NCBI GenBank assembly: GCA_036525185.1
Contig: DATDAW010000041.1
Location: 1,175 to 65,174, forward strand
DNA: 64,000 nt
Direction of reading: 5' to 3'
From: Chthoniobacterales bacterium
GTDB taxonomy: Bacteria; Verrucomicrobiota; Verrucomicrobiia; Chthoniobacterales; DASVRZ01
A program made the translations under genes and the position numbers. The notes under the pieces are model-generated. The model had not been told where the DNA came from, did not search any database, and saw nothing but the letters and a program-made list of their open reading frames with translations. Shown here one piece after another: positions 24,801 to 34,944 of the stretch (its first letter is position 1; the number at the start of each line of letters is the position of its first letter).

Positions 24801-24832
24801 GACGTTGGTAGGGCGGTTTCGATGAAACCGCC
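24801..24832. repeat. 32-nt hairpin repeat, right copy
   Basis: Identical to 22239..22270. The upstream CCTTACC can alternatively pair with GGTAGGG. Confidence 0.85.
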
Positions 24833-24942
24833 GTCGACCGACAATAAGGTGGTTGCTCGATTCAGTTTTCTGAAATCAAGGCTGTAAAGCCAGTTGGGAA
24901 GGTTGATTTTGCCAGACGCGCCTCCTATTATTTGCCCTTCAC

Positions 24943-25833
24943 ATGGCTACACCCAAGATCGACCCTGCCCTCCACAAGGAACGTAAGCCCGAATGGATTA
25001 AGGTTCGTCTCCCTTCGAATCCGAAGTTTTTCTCAACCAAAGCCCTGATTTCCGACCTCCGGCTCGTTACCGTTTGCGAAGAAGCCCAATGCCCGAATCG
25101 CTGGGAATGCTGGAGCCAGGGCACCGCGACGTTCATGATCGCGGGCGAACGCTGCACGCGCGCCTGCGGCTTCTGCGCAGTGAGCACGGCGAAACCATTT
25201 CCGCTGGAAGTCGACGAGCCGCAGCGAGTGGCGCAAGCCGTTGCGCGGATGGGGCTTAAACATGTCGTCATCACGGCTGTCGCGCGAGACGATCTCGCTG
25301 ACGGCGGTGCGGAGCATTTCGCCCGGACGATTGAAGCCGTGCGCAGGGTGGATGCGGAGATGATTATTGAAGTTTTGACCCCTGATTTTAACGGCAAGGA
25401 CGAGTCGCTCCACGCTGTGCTCAACGCGGCCCCGCATATTTTTAATCACAACCTGGAAACGGTCGAGCGCCTCACACCGCTGGTTCGGTCGCGCGCGAAA
25501 TACCGGTTGTCGCTCGATTTTCTGCGTCGTGCCAAGGAGATTTCGCCGTCGGTGGTGACCAAGAGCGGCATCATGCTCGGTCTTGGCGAGACGGAAACGG
25601 AGCTTTTTCAGGCCATGGACGACCTCCGCGAGGCAGGTGTGCAGGTGTTGACGATGGGCCAGTATCTGCGACCATCACCGAACCACTTGCCGGTGGTCGA
25701 ATACATTCGCCCCGAGACATTCGACCTCTATGGCGACATCGCGAGGAAGAAAGGTTTTGCCCATGTCGCTTCGGGTCCGTTGGTCCGGAGTTCTTACCAC
25801 GCAGCCGACTTTCACCCTGTGGAGCGGAAATAG
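24943..25833 (+). CDS. lipA: lipoyl synthase
   Basis: VCEEAQCPNRWECW and the radical SAM motif CTRACGFCAV. Length 296 aa. Confidence 0.9.
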   Translation: MATPKIDPALHKERKPEWIKVRLPSNPKFFSTKALISDLRLVTVCEEAQCPNRWECWSQGTATFMIAGERCTRACGFCAVSTAKPFPLEVDEPQRVAQAVARMGLKHVVITAVARDDLADGGAEHFARTIEAVRRVDAEMIIEVLTPDFNGKDESLHAVLNAAPHIFNHNLETVERLTPLVRSRAKYRLSLDFLRRAKEISPSVVTKSGIMLGLGETETELFQAMDDLREAGVQVLTMGQYLRPSPNHLPVVEYIRPETFDLYGDIARKKGFAHVASGPLVRSSYHAADFHPVERK

Positions 25834-25872
25834 GAAATAGGACGTAGTTTGGAAGTGGCTCCCGGAAATTCG

Positions 25873-26568
25873 ATGCCGTCGCCCGCGGCGGTAATTCCCG
25901 CGTATTGTGAGGAACCTTACATCGCGGCAGTGGTCTCCGGCGTTCGCAAGTACGTGGGTCAGGTGCTGGTAATCGATGACGGATCGCCCGACGCAACGGC
26001 CAAAAAAGCGCGTGAGGCGGGGGCCGAAGTGATCAGTCATGCGAGAAATCAGGGCAAAGGCGCAGCGCTCAAGACGGGTTTGAGGATTCTGGAATCCAGG
26101 CAGGCCAACTATTTTCTGGTGCTGGATGGCGACGGTCAGCACGACCCAGACGATATTCCGAATTTTTTCGCTGCTGTAGCCGCAAACCCCTCAGTCGCAG
26201 TTTTTTGTGGAAATCGAATGGGCAACATCGACACGATGCCTCGACTTCGGCGTTGGACGAATCAATACATGTCCAATCGTGTCAGCCGGGCGTGCCGCCA
26301 GATGATCCCGGACACCCAATGCGGTTTCCGCATGTATCGCCGCGACACTTTGCCGCACCTGCTCTGCGAGACGAACAAGTTCGACTACGAAACCGAAGTG
26401 CTCCTACTCATTGCGCGTCACGGCTTTAAGATCGATTCCGTGACCGTAAAGACGATCTACGGCGACGAAACGAGCCAAATTCATCCCTTGCGTGACGCGA
26501 TCCGGTTTTTCCGTTTGATGGATCGGTATCGATCCACATCCGCAGGTAAAAACGGGGCTTCGATGTAA
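25873..26568 (+). CDS. family 2 glycosyltransferase
   Basis: AVIPAYCEEPYI...VLVIDDGSPDAT...ARNQGKGAALKTG...LDGDGQHDP. The ORF track starts at a TTG at 25849, but the ATG at 25873 fits the usual GT2 N-terminus better. Confidence 0.75.
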   Translation: MPSPAAVIPAYCEEPYIAAVVSGVRKYVGQVLVIDDGSPDATAKKAREAGAEVISHARNQGKGAALKTGLRILESRQANYFLVLDGDGQHDPDDIPNFFAAVAANPSVAVFCGNRMGNIDTMPRLRRWTNQYMSNRVSRACRQMIPDTQCGFRMYRRDTLPHLLCETNKFDYETEVLLLIARHGFKIDSVTVKTIYGDETSQIHPLRDAIRFFRLMDRYRSTSAGKNGASM

Positions 26569-26663
26569 CGGGTTGTCGGGTCTGTTTTGGCGATGAGGGA
26601 GCATGCGGAATACGTTACGCTGTGAACACGCCGGTTGTGCAGGAAGGACGAAGGAACTAACTC

Positions 26664-27884
26664 TTAGGGCGTCGCCGTCGGCGTGGGTGATGGAGTTGGC
26701 GTGGGTGATGGAGTTGGCGTGGGTGATGGAGTTGGCGTTGGCGTGGGAGTGGGTGTCGGAGTCGGAGTTGTGAAGGCCTCTAGGGTTACGGACGCTGCCG
26801 CGAAGTTCCGCAGAAAGAGAACGTCCTTGGATGGATCGTCGGGGACTTCGACGGTGATGGTGTAAGGCAAAGGAAATCCGATCGAGCCATCGGCCAGGAC
26901 CTGCAACTGACTCAGGATTCCATCAATGACGTCATCGCGGCCGACATTTCCCAAACTGTCCGAGATCTGGTCATCGATCGATTCCAGGAGCACATCGAGG
27001 ACGGGTTGGCCGCCATTGTCCGAGGCATAGGATATCAAAAGGTCATACAGTGGCGTCGCCTCAGCTTCCGCGAGATGGATGTTTAGCTTTCCATCGATAA
27101 AGAGCATATCACTCCCATAGAGCGCCACGGCGCTCGCGGTGCTTCCCTCACTCGAGGCCTTAAGAGAAACGTCGGAGAGATCGATAGTGACATTCCGATC
27201 GGCGTTTTTTTGCCAGTCAATGGCGACCGGATCGCGAACGACACCGAGCGCGACGGCCTGAGGTTTCAAAGCCGTCTTCTTCTCCACACGGGTCTGCACA
27301 TCGGAGTCGAGGGTGAAGGTGGCGCCGGTGAGAGGGTCTGGACCACCTGCCTGCTTCTTTGTCGTTGCAAGTGCCTTGGCTTCCTCGAGGGCTTGGGCAT
27401 TTGCCAATTGATCTGTTTCGGCGATCAGCGGGGCTTCTTCGCTCTTATCAACCTCCTTGAAGGCGTTGGGGTCCTTTTTGCTGGGCTGGGTCTTTTCCTT
27501 GATGTCGGAGGCGAGTTGTTCAGGACCCGCAATGCCGCCCGCCAGGGAATTTAGGATCTCGGTTAGCCTTGCTTGCTCGCCAGCGTTGGCTTTCTCATTG
27601 CCGTTGTTATTTCCCGCCGGTTTTCTGCTGACACGAAAATCTTCGGTCTTGGGGTTGGACACCCTGGCGGCCGCGGTGCAAACGCCTGTTGTCTTTTTCA
27701 CCTTCTTTGCGTCGGCTTTGATCACGATAGTCTTTTGCGACCCGTTGACGCTGGCCTCAGCGACTTGCGAATGCGCGGCGAATGGGACGACGAAAAGAGC
27801 GCAGGCTAACATGGAGAGTGCGAGTGACCACGCGGTGCGGGCCGAGGGATTGGGAGGAACTGGCCTTGGAATCTTGTAATTCAT
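26664..27884 (-). CDS. secreted protein of unknown function with a C-terminal Pro/Thr/Ser repeat tail
   Basis: Signal peptide (AWSLALSMLACALFVVPFAAHS). The protein ends in TPTPTPTPTPTPTPSPTPTPSPTPTPSPTPTATP-stop. Confidence 0.6.
   Translation of the reverse strand: MNYKIPRPVPPNPSARTAWSLALSMLACALFVVPFAAHSQVAEASVNGSQKTIVIKADAKKVKKTTGVCTAAARVSNPKTEDFRVSRKPAGNNNGNEKANAGEQARLTEILNSLAGGIAGPEQLASDIKEKTQPSKKDPNAFKEVDKSEEAPLIAETDQLANAQALEEAKALATTKKQAGGPDPLTGATFTLDSDVQTRVEKKTALKPQAVALGVVRDPVAIDWQKNADRNVTIDLSDVSLKASSEGSTASAVALYGSDMLFIDGKLNIHLAEAEATPLYDLLISYASDNGGQPVLDVLLESIDDQISDSLGNVGRDDVIDGILSQLQVLADGSIGFPLPYTITVEVPDDPSKDVLFLRNFAAASVTLEAFTTPTPTPTPTPTPTPSPTPTPSPTPTPSPTPTATP
26680..26769. repeat. 18-bp tandem repeat (3 exact units plus degenerate units) encoding the PT tail
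   Basis: GGCGTGGGTGATGGAGTT occurs three times (26680-26733), followed by degenerate GGCGTT/GGAGTG/GGTGTC/GGAGTC units. Confidence 0.85.
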
Positions 27885-28166
27885 GGCAATTCAATGGTGG
27901 GGGCGGATTCGGAAAAAAAGGGGACGCACACGCCCAGTGGTGACGCTGGCCGCGCGGTTTGCCGGTTGGGCGAAAGCACCGCCCGAGCGGGCGGCATTGG
28001 CTCGGGCACGATTCGCGTGGAGTCGGCGCTTTCATGAAACAACGGTAGAACGGGGTAGGGGCGGATCAAGGGTAAGTGCGAGCTGCCACCGGCACAACCA
28101 CGACGGCGAGACCACCAGGTCCAAAACTCAGCGCACCGTTGTCCGTCCGTTTACGTGACGACCTCG

Positions 28167-29021
28167 CTATCCTCGGCTGCTCTTGGGAAGGCTTTGCTGC
28201 GGGATTTGATAAAAGCGAAAGCCGCGCTGTGCGATTTCGTCGACGAGGGTTTCGATGAATCGGAGGCTCGCTGGGTTTCCTGCGAGGTCGTTTTTGCCTT
28301 CGTGCACGAGCAGAATCGCACCGGGGACAAGGTGGCGAAGAATGTGCGCAGTCGAGCGTTTGATATTGCAGACGATCCCATCGTAGGCGCGGACGGTCCA
28401 GCCCAGCAGCGTCATTCCGCGATGACTCAGCACGCGATGCAAGAAGGGGTTTTTCACTCCGGCCGGACACCGAAAATAGGGCAGGGGAATGACGTCTTCG
28501 TTCCGGATTCTTTGGGTGCAGCGGTCAATTTCGGCGGCTATATGCACCGGGGAAAGCATCCAGAACCACGGTAGTGGATGCGTCATCGTGTGGTTGGCAA
28601 CGGAATGACCGAGTTCCGTAACCCGTCGTGTCACTCCCGGGAATTTTCCGATCTGATTGCCGCGAAAGAAGAATGTGGCTGTAATTCCTTTGGCGTTAAG
28701 CATTTCCGCCAGCGGGATAGAGTCTGGCGAGGGCCCGTCGTCGATGGTCAGCCACACTGCTTTTTGACTGAGAGGCAACCGGTTGAGGACCGGTCCGAGC
28801 CAGTTTGAACCCGGGAGGATCATCCCGACAAGCACCAATCCATGGGCACACACAGCGTATACCAAGGCCCACCAAGCCAGGTTGCTTGTGACGACCAGCA
28901 CAGGTGCCATCAGCGATGCCACCAAAAGAAATCTCCGCCACCAAACCCACGCCTGGCTCAATCTGAGATCCGGAAGGGGGCTGGAGCGAGTCACTTGGGC
29001 CGTTGTCATCCTCACATCCAT
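28167..29021 (-). CDS. polysaccharide deacetylase (NodB homology domain) with N-terminal TM segments
   Basis: WLTIDDGPSPDS...ATFFFRGNQ...GHSVANHTMTHP are NodB motifs. Confidence 0.75.
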   Translation of the reverse strand: MDVRMTTAQVTRSSPLPDLRLSQAWVWWRRFLLVASLMAPVLVVTSNLAWWALVYAVCAHGLVLVGMILPGSNWLGPVLNRLPLSQKAVWLTIDDGPSPDSIPLAEMLNAKGITATFFFRGNQIGKFPGVTRRVTELGHSVANHTMTHPLPWFWMLSPVHIAAEIDRCTQRIRNEDVIPLPYFRCPAGVKNPFLHRVLSHRGMTLLGWTVRAYDGIVCNIKRSTAHILRHLVPGAILLVHEGKNDLAGNPASLRFIETLVDEIAQRGFRFYQIPQQSLPKSSRG

Positions 29022-29137
29022 GCCGCGTTATTTCCCGCGTTTCCACTCCGTTGTTTCTTGCTCACGTGTAATGATTAATGAGTCTTCGTACGCCAATTTA
29101 TGCACATTTTCGGGTGAATAAGCCATACATAGAAAAT

Positions 29138-29650
29138 ATGACCGCATTCGTTGCTCTCTTGCGCGCCATCAACGTCGGGGGCACAGGCAAGCTGCCGATG
29201 AGCGACCTTAAAGCCATGTGCGAGAAAGCAGGGTTTGAGAAAGTGCAAACCTATATCGCTAGCGGCAATGTCGTCTTCCTGAGTCAGCAATCGGCGGCCA
29301 AGGTAAAATCTGCGCTCGAAGAGCGTCTACGAGCGTATGCGGGGAAGCCGGTTGGCGTGCTTGTGCGCACGGCAGCGGAAATCGCTAATGTCCTGGCGGA
29401 GAATCCGTTTCCCACGGCACCGCCCAATCGCACGGTGGCAATTTTTCTGGATGAGCCGCCGCGTGGAAATGCTTTGGACGAAATTCGCGGTCGCAAGGAC
29501 GAGGAAATCCGGCTTGGGACCCGGGAAATTTATGTCTTTTATGGCGATGGCATAGGCCAATCCAAACTGACTATTCCTGCCGCCAAGACTGGAACAGCGC
29601 GCAACATTAACACGGTCGCGAAGCTGGCTGAAATGGCCGCGAAACTTTAA
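29138..29650 (+). CDS. DUF1697-domain protein
   Basis: MTAFVALLRAINVGGTGKLPMSDLKAMCEKAGFEKVQTYIASGNVVF is the DUF1697 N-terminal pattern. It lies inside ORF 29078..29650. Confidence 0.7.
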   Translation: MTAFVALLRAINVGGTGKLPMSDLKAMCEKAGFEKVQTYIASGNVVFLSQQSAAKVKSALEERLRAYAGKPVGVLVRTAAEIANVLAENPFPTAPPNRTVAIFLDEPPRGNALDEIRGRKDEEIRLGTREIYVFYGDGIGQSKLTIPAAKTGTARNINTVAKLAEMAAKL

Positions 29651-29659
29651 GCGGACCAC

Positions 29660-31234
29660 CTATTCCCACTCGATCGTGGCGGGCGGTTTGCTGGAAATAT
29701 CGTAGCAAACCCGATTGACGCCTTTAACTTCGTTGATGATTCGCGCCGAGATCCGGGCGAGCAAATCGTACGGCAGCCGCACCCAGTCAGCGGTCATGCC
29801 GTCCTGACTTTCCACGATGCGCAGCGCAATGGTGTTGTCGTAGGTCCGTTCGTCGCCCATAACGCCTACGGACCGCACCGGCAACAGCACGGCGAACGAT
29901 TGCCAGACCCGGTAATACCATTCCGACGCCTTCATTTCATTGACGACGATTTCGTCTGCGTCCCGCAAAATTCGCAGCCGCTCTTCGGTGATCTCACCCA
30001 GAATGCGAACGGCGAGTCCCGGACCCGGAAATGGTTGGCGGAAAACGACTTCCTTCGGCAATCCGATCTGGAGACCCACCTGCCGAACCTCGTCTTTGAA
30101 AAGCTGACGGAGCGGTTCGACAAGTTCGAAATCCATGTCTTCCGGCAAGCCGCCGACGTTGTGGTGACTCTTGATGAGCGCCGCTGGGTTTCCGGAAATC
30201 GAGACGCTTTCAATGACATCGGGATACAGCGTTCCTTGCGCCAGAAATTTGTAGTGCGATTCGTCGCCCGGCGGATGGTCCGCCTTCAATTCCAAGGCTG
30301 CCTGTTCGAAAACGCGGACGAATTCATTGCCGATAATTTTACGTTTTTGTTCCGGATCAGTCACTCCACTGAGCTTTGAAAGGAAGCTTTGGGAAGCGTC
30401 GACATATTTGAGTTTGATCTGGAAATTCTCGCCGAAAAGCCGCTGGACGGCTTCGGCTTCCTTCGAACGCAACAACCCGTTGTTGACGAAAATACAGGTC
30501 AATTGATCGCCGATCGCCTTGTGCAAAAGGGCGGCAGCGACCGAGGAATCGACACCGCCGCTCAGACCGAGAATGACTTTTTCCGAGCCGACTTTCGTCC
30601 GGATTTCCGCGCAGGCTTGGTCGATGAATGAGCCCATCGTCCAATCCATCGCGCAACCGCAGATCGCGTAGACAAAATTCTGCAAAATCTCGTGGCCGCG
30701 CGGAGTATGGGCGACCTCGGGGTGAAACTGAAGTCCGTAAAATTTTCGCTTTACGTCTTCGATCACGGCGAATGGCGAGTTTTCAGTCGTTCCCACCGGC
30801 TCAAAGCCTGCGGGAAGTTCCGTGACTTTATCGCCGTGACTGTTCCAGACATCGAGCGTTGCTGGCAAATCCCGGAAAAGCGGGCAGTCGGTCTTCACCG
30901 ATAAATGTCCCGGGCCGAATTCGCGTCGTCCAGAATATTCCACTTTGCCGCCGAGATGATGAGCCAAAAGCTGCATCCCGTAGCAAATGCCGAGAACAGG
31001 GATTCCAAGGGAGAAAATTGCCGAGTGAGGCTGTGGCGCGTTATCCGCATAAACACTGGCAGGACCGCCACTTAGAATGATCCCTTTTGCGCCAGCCGCG
31101 GCTATATCCTCGGCCGGCGTGTCGTATTTCAAGATCTCGGAATATACCTGACACTCGCGAACGCGGCGGGCGATGACCTGGGTGTATTGCGAACCGAAGT
31201 CGAGAATGACGATTTTGGAAATTCCTCCGCTCAT
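29660..31234 (-). CDS. guaA: GMP synthase (glutamine-hydrolysing)
   Basis: GATase domain ([25 protein letters not shown]), ATP-PPase motif ([10 protein letters not shown]) and C-terminal ATIEWE. The start was trimmed to the ATG at 31234. Confidence 0.9.
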   Translation of the reverse strand: MSGGISKIVILDFGSQYTQVIARRVRECQVYSEILKYDTPAEDIAAAGAKGIILSGGPASVYADNAPQPHSAIFSLGIPVLGICYGMQLLAHHLGGKVEYSGRREFGPGHLSVKTDCPLFRDLPATLDVWNSHGDKVTELPAGFEPVGTTENSPFAVIEDVKRKFYGLQFHPEVAHTPRGHEILQNFVYAICGCAMDWTMGSFIDQACAEIRTKVGSEKVILGLSGGVDSSVAAALLHKAIGDQLTCIFVNNGLLRSKEAEAVQRLFGENFQIKLKYVDASQSFLSKLSGVTDPEQKRKIIGNEFVRVFEQAALELKADHPPGDESHYKFLAQGTLYPDVIESVSISGNPAALIKSHHNVGGLPEDMDFELVEPLRQLFKDEVRQVGLQIGLPKEVVFRQPFPGPGLAVRILGEITEERLRILRDADEIVVNEMKASEWYYRVWQSFAVLLPVRSVGVMGDERTYDNTIALRIVESQDGMTADWVRLPYDLLARISARIINEVKGVNRVCYDISSKPPATIEWE

Positions 31235-31311
31235 GCTTGGCTGTCTCTTACTTCTTTTCTCTTTCTCTTTCTCTCTTGCTTCACGCAAGGCGCGTTGATT
31301 TCTCCGTGCTC

Positions 31312-31824
31312 CTATTTCTTAACAATCGTCATAGTCATCGCGTCGCCCCGCTTGATTTGATCAACGATCTGCATGCCATCTGCCAGGACGCGGCCGAATA
31401 CCGTGTATTGCATGTCGAGGTGCGGTGCGTCCTTGAGAACGATGTAGAACTGGCTATTGGCGGAATTCGGGTTGTTGGTGCGTGCGGCAGCCAGTGCTCC
31501 GCGCGTGTTTTTGTAAGCACGATTCACTTCGAGCGGGAGATCGGGATATTTCGAACCCCCGGAGCCTGCACCGGGAACATCGACGCCGTTTTTCGTTTTC
31601 GGATCGCCCACCTGCGCAACGAAGTTCGGGACGATGCGATGGAACCGGATGCCGTCGTAAAAACCTTCGCTGGCGAGAAGGAGGATGCGTTCGGCGTGCT
31701 TGGGAGCCGCATCCGCGAAAAGCTCGAGGTAAAAATCGCCCGCAGGCACGCCGACGCGAAGGACCGGGTCTTTACGATCAAGAAATTGAGAATCAGCTGG
31801 TTTGGAGACAGGGGTGTCGCTCAT
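31312..31824 (-). CDS. cyclophilin-type peptidyl-prolyl cis-trans isomerase
   Basis: [21 protein letters not shown]...[11 protein letters not shown] are cyclophilin motifs. Confidence 0.85.
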   Translation of the reverse strand: MSDTPVSKPADSQFLDRKDPVLRVGVPAGDFYLELFADAAPKHAERILLLASEGFYDGIRFHRIVPNFVAQVGDPKTKNGVDVPGAGSGGSKYPDLPLEVNRAYKNTRGALAAARTNNPNSANSQFYIVLKDAPHLDMQYTVFGRVLADGMQIVDQIKRGDAMTMTIVKK

Positions 31825-31968
31825 CTATGGACCAAATCAGACAGCCCGAAGTCAGGCAAGCGTGGATTTTCACCTCTTTAATCGCGCTCTTTCTCTTGCT
31901 CCTTACCCCTTGCTCTTGGGTAGAAGCGCGTCCTGCTGAGAGCAAGAGTAAAGTAAGAACGTCCCTTC

Positions 31969-32008
31969 AAAAAAAAACGCGCAACCCGTGCAGGGCTGCG
32001 CGTTTTTC
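31969..32008 (-). terminator. intrinsic terminator of the RRM gene (bidirectional shape)
   Basis: CGCGCAACCC-GTGCA-GGGCTGCGCG stem-loop. It is flanked by A9 on the plus strand (a U-run for the minus-strand transcript) and T5 on the other side. It lies 28 nt downstream of the stop at 32036. Confidence 0.7.
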
Positions 32009-32035
32009 AAAAGGACTTGTCAGTCGGACCGGGAA

Positions 32036-32458
32036 TTACCGGCCGCGTCCGCCGCCACGATGATCGAAGCTGCGGCCACCGCCGCCGCTGCGCCCACCGC
32101 CACCACCGCGTTGTTCGTAACCGCCACGGCCACCGCCACCGCCACCGCCGCGCTGTTCGTAGCCGCCACGTCCACCACCGCCAAAGCCGCGTGCACCGCC
32201 TGGAGCATCGCCTTTGGGCCGCGCTTCGTTGACGGTCAGCGAACGGCCGTCGAGCTCGAATCCGTTGAATTTGGAGGTCGCGTCCGCTGCTTCGGCGTCC
32301 GTGGAGTAGGTCACGAAAGCAAAGCCGCGTGATTTACCGGTGAATTTGTCCTGCATAAGCGCGACTTCCTTGACGGTGCCGGCTTGTGCGAAGAGGTCTT
32401 GCAGGTCCATCTCGGTGGTATTGAACGAGAGGTTGCCTACGAATAGTTTATTACCCAT
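32036..32458 (-). CDS. RRM-type RNA-binding protein with a Gly/Arg-rich tail
   Basis: MGNKLFVGNLSFNT (RNP2) and KSRGFAFVTY (RNP1). The tail is GGGRGGYEQRGGGGGG repeated. Confidence 0.85.
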   Translation of the reverse strand: MGNKLFVGNLSFNTTEMDLQDLFAQAGTVKEVALMQDKFTGKSRGFAFVTYSTDAEAADATSKFNGFELDGRSLTVNEARPKGDAPGGARGFGGGGRGGYEQRGGGGGGGRGGYEQRGGGGGRSGGGGRSFDHRGGGRGR

Positions 32459-32696
32459 TGTCTGTTGATCTATCAGCTTCAAACGGTCTGCTTCTTTTGT
32501 TCCCGCTCATCGGGTTTCAAATCGTCACTGACTGGATCAACTGACGGTTCACCAACTGCACTTGCGCTTGTCTGACTAGCGGCAAATTAGGGCAGAGCTG
32601 TGTGAAAGCAAGCGGTTTTGCGGGAGGTTTTTATGAGCGTTCGTGGGGTCGAAAATAGGACTCGCGCGGGTGACTTTTGCCGTTACTTTTGCCCGG

Positions 32697-33290
32697 ATGT
32701 TTACCGGAATCGTCGAGGAAACAGGCACAGTGACTTGGCTGCGCCGCACGACAAAAACCTATCAGTTGCTCGTCAGCAGCAAACTGGGGCGAAAAGTTCG
32801 TCGTGGGGACAGCGTCGCAATCAACGGAGCCTGCCTTACGGTCACGACGCAAACCGACGACAAAATCGGTTTCGAGCTCCTGGAAGAAACGCTGAATCGC
32901 ACGAACCTGCATGCGCTGAAGCCCGACTCCAAGGTCAATATCGAACGTGCCATGCGCGCCGGGAACCGTTTCGACGGCCACATGGTGCAGGGCCATGTCG
33001 ATTGCGTCGGCACAGTTGGTTCGCTTGAGGCCCATGGAGGCGATCACAGACTGGAAGTTCTTTTCCCTCCCGATTTCGGCCACTACATCGTCTACAAGGG
33101 CTCGATCTGCATCAACGGTATCAGTCTCACCGTTGCAGAGGCTTATGATTCAAGTCTTGTGTGCTGGATTATCCCTTTCACTTACGAAAATACCAATATC
33201 CGCGACCTGGCGAGCGGCCAGCCTGTCAACCTGGAGTTCGACATCCTTGCCAAATACGTCGAGCGGATGCTGGCGAAGCGAGAATTGTAG
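32697..33290 (+). CDS. ribE: riboflavin synthase
   Basis: MFTGIVEETGTV... with an internal duplication (GDSVAINGACLTV / GSICINGISLTV). Confidence 0.85.
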   Translation: MFTGIVEETGTVTWLRRTTKTYQLLVSSKLGRKVRRGDSVAINGACLTVTTQTDDKIGFELLEETLNRTNLHALKPDSKVNIERAMRAGNRFDGHMVQGHVDCVGTVGSLEAHGGDHRLEVLFPPDFGHYIVYKGSICINGISLTVAEAYDSSLVCWIIPFTYENTNIRDLASGQPVNLEFDILAKYVERMLAKREL

Positions 33291-33365
33291 GCAGCTCATG
33301 AATCCAGGATCAGCTCGCAAAGCCGCGTTGGTCGCTCCGATCTGAATTCGTTTCCGTGATTTCCT

Positions 33366-33944
33366 TCACTCGATTTTCGTCCCCAGCACTTCCAAAAACT
33401 TTGCCAGCCATGCCGGATGCGCTGGCCATGCGGGCGCGGTGACTAAATTTCCATCCACGTACGCTGCGTCCACGGCGATGTTTTGAAATTCCCCGCCGGC
33501 CAGGACCACTTCTGGCCCGCAGGCATAATAGGCCGAAGCTTTCCGGCCCTTCAGCACACCTGCCGCAGCCAGAATTTGTAATCCATGGCAGATCGCCGCG
33601 ACGGGTTTCCCAGCATCGAAGAAATGCCGCACATAGCGGACAACGTCAGCATTCAGCCTCAAATACTCCGGCGCCCGCCCGCCGGGAATCACAAGCGCAT
33701 CAAAATCCTCCGGTTGCACCTCCGCAAATGTCGCATTGAGCGTAAAGTTGTGGCCCGGCTTTTCCGAATACGTCTGGTCACCTTCAAAATCGTGAATTGC
33801 TGTGCGCACCTTGTCGCCAGCTGATTTGCCCGGACAGACAGCTGAAACCTTGTGCCCGACCATCAGCAATGCCTGAAACGGCACCATGTTCTCGTAATCT
33901 TCGACAAAGTCGCCGGTTATCAGCAGGATATTTTTGGAATTCAT
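33366..33944 (-). CDS. DJ-1/PfpI-family protein
   Basis: [13 protein letters not shown]...[14 protein letters not shown] contains the nucleophile-elbow Cys. The start was trimmed to the ATG at 33944 inside ORF 33366..34217. Confidence 0.75.
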   Translation of the reverse strand: MNSKNILLITGDFVEDYENMVPFQALLMVGHKVSAVCPGKSAGDKVRTAIHDFEGDQTYSEKPGHNFTLNATFAEVQPEDFDALVIPGGRAPEYLRLNADVVRYVRHFFDAGKPVAAICHGLQILAAAGVLKGRKASAYYACGPEVVLAGGEFQNIAVDAAYVDGNLVTAPAWPAHPAWLAKFLEVLGTKIE

Positions 33945-34026
33945 AGAGGGATGGCAAAAAATATGCAGCTGGCCTGCCATGTCGAGACGAACAAATCGAG
34001 TCAGCGTGAATTCTCCCGAAAGTTCG

Positions 34027-34944
34027 TTACTGGGCGCGCTTGCTGGCGCTGACAAGAGCCACAGCTCCGTTTGCCGCGACAGCGATGGCGATGAAGGCTC
34101 CTCCCAGCCATTGCAGCAATCCCCGAAAACTCTGTTCGGCCATCTTAATTGGAAGTGACATGGGCACTGAAACGATCTGCGCGCCGATGATTTCGTCCAT
34201 TTTCCAGCCAAAACCATTCGCTGTTCCGTAGAGTTTAACCATTTCCGGAGGCGCTTTGTCGGCGGTGCTGTGACATTGCAGGCAGCTTACGTTGCCGATC
34301 TTGATCGGGCGCGCGAGAAAGAGCGATGTGCCGTTGGGTGTATCCCGCGTGCCAATAAACTCGGTCTGTTGCCCGTTGCCGCCCCGGAACTGGTTGACTA
34401 TGTCGGTCTCCCAATCGGTGGAACGGTTGCGCGGGTTGGTGGGGTTGAGCGTGGCTTCCTTGTAGAAGTAATCGGGAAATTTCTCTCGCAGGTAATTGAA
34501 GATTTCAGTCGCTGCGAACGCAGGAACCGACTGAGGGTGAAACTCGGTGTCGAGCAATTCCTCAGGTTTGTCTTTCACGGAATCGATGAGCTTTTGCTGG
34601 ATTTCGAGAACGCGCTGCTGACCAAGGAGGAAGCCTTTGCGCGCGCTGGCTCGCAGACCTCCCGCGCCGGCCGAATCAACTGCCTTTGGCAATTCGTCCA
34701 TCGTTTTCCTGAACTCCGCGATCGCGGATTCCAGTTTGAAATTCTTGTGCTGAAGCAGAGGGGCAACCTGTTTCGTGGTGTAGGTGCGGCTCGACAACGC
34801 AGTTTCCATCATGATCCGCGCGTTTTGGGTGACCTGATCGCGTGCGTTGGCCTGCAGAACGAGATTTGCGGCGTAGCCAACTGCGCCGAGGCACAAGGCA
34901 AGCAAGGGAAGAAAGACGAGGTTGAATTTCAGCATTTTCATCAT
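34027..34944 (-). CDS. DUF3365 (Tll0287-like) protein with a c-type heme motif
   Basis: Signal/anchor [22 protein letters not shown]. CxxCH motif (CLQCH) followed by [10 protein letters not shown]. Its ATG overlaps the kinase stop (ATGA at 34941-34944). Confidence 0.65.
   Translation of the reverse strand: MMKMLKFNLVFLPLLALCLGAVGYAANLVLQANARDQVTQNARIMMETALSSRTYTTKQVAPLLQHKNFKLESAIAEFRKTMDELPKAVDSAGAGGLRASARKGFLLGQQRVLEIQQKLIDSVKDKPEELLDTEFHPQSVPAFAATEIFNYLREKFPDYFYKEATLNPTNPRNRSTDWETDIVNQFRGGNGQQTEFIGTRDTPNGTSLFLARPIKIGNVSCLQCHSTADKAPPEMVKLYGTANGFGWKMDEIIGAQIVSVPMSLPIKMAEQSFRGLLQWLGGAFIAIAVAANGAVALVSASKRAQ

Noticed and set aside
26680-26769. Possible CRISPR or other non-coding array (also the GC-rich repeats at 32040-32210)
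   Set aside because: The units are contiguous 18-bp (or shorter) tandem repeats without spacers. They lie inside ORFs encoding PT-rich and Gly/Arg-rich tails. No CRISPR-like repeat-spacer structure occurs anywhere in the window.
31890-31960. CTCTTGCTC / GAGCAAGAG inverted repeat between the cyclophilin and RRM genes, with similar CT-rich sequence at 31250-31290
   Set aside because: The stem is short (9 bp) with a loop of about 40 nt in a low-complexity CT/AG-rich region. There is no evidence beyond the match itself.
32483-32696. FMN (RFN) riboswitch upstream of ribE
   Set aside because: I could not find the conserved RFN core elements. The region more likely holds the promoter and 5' UTR of the divergent RRM gene and ribE.
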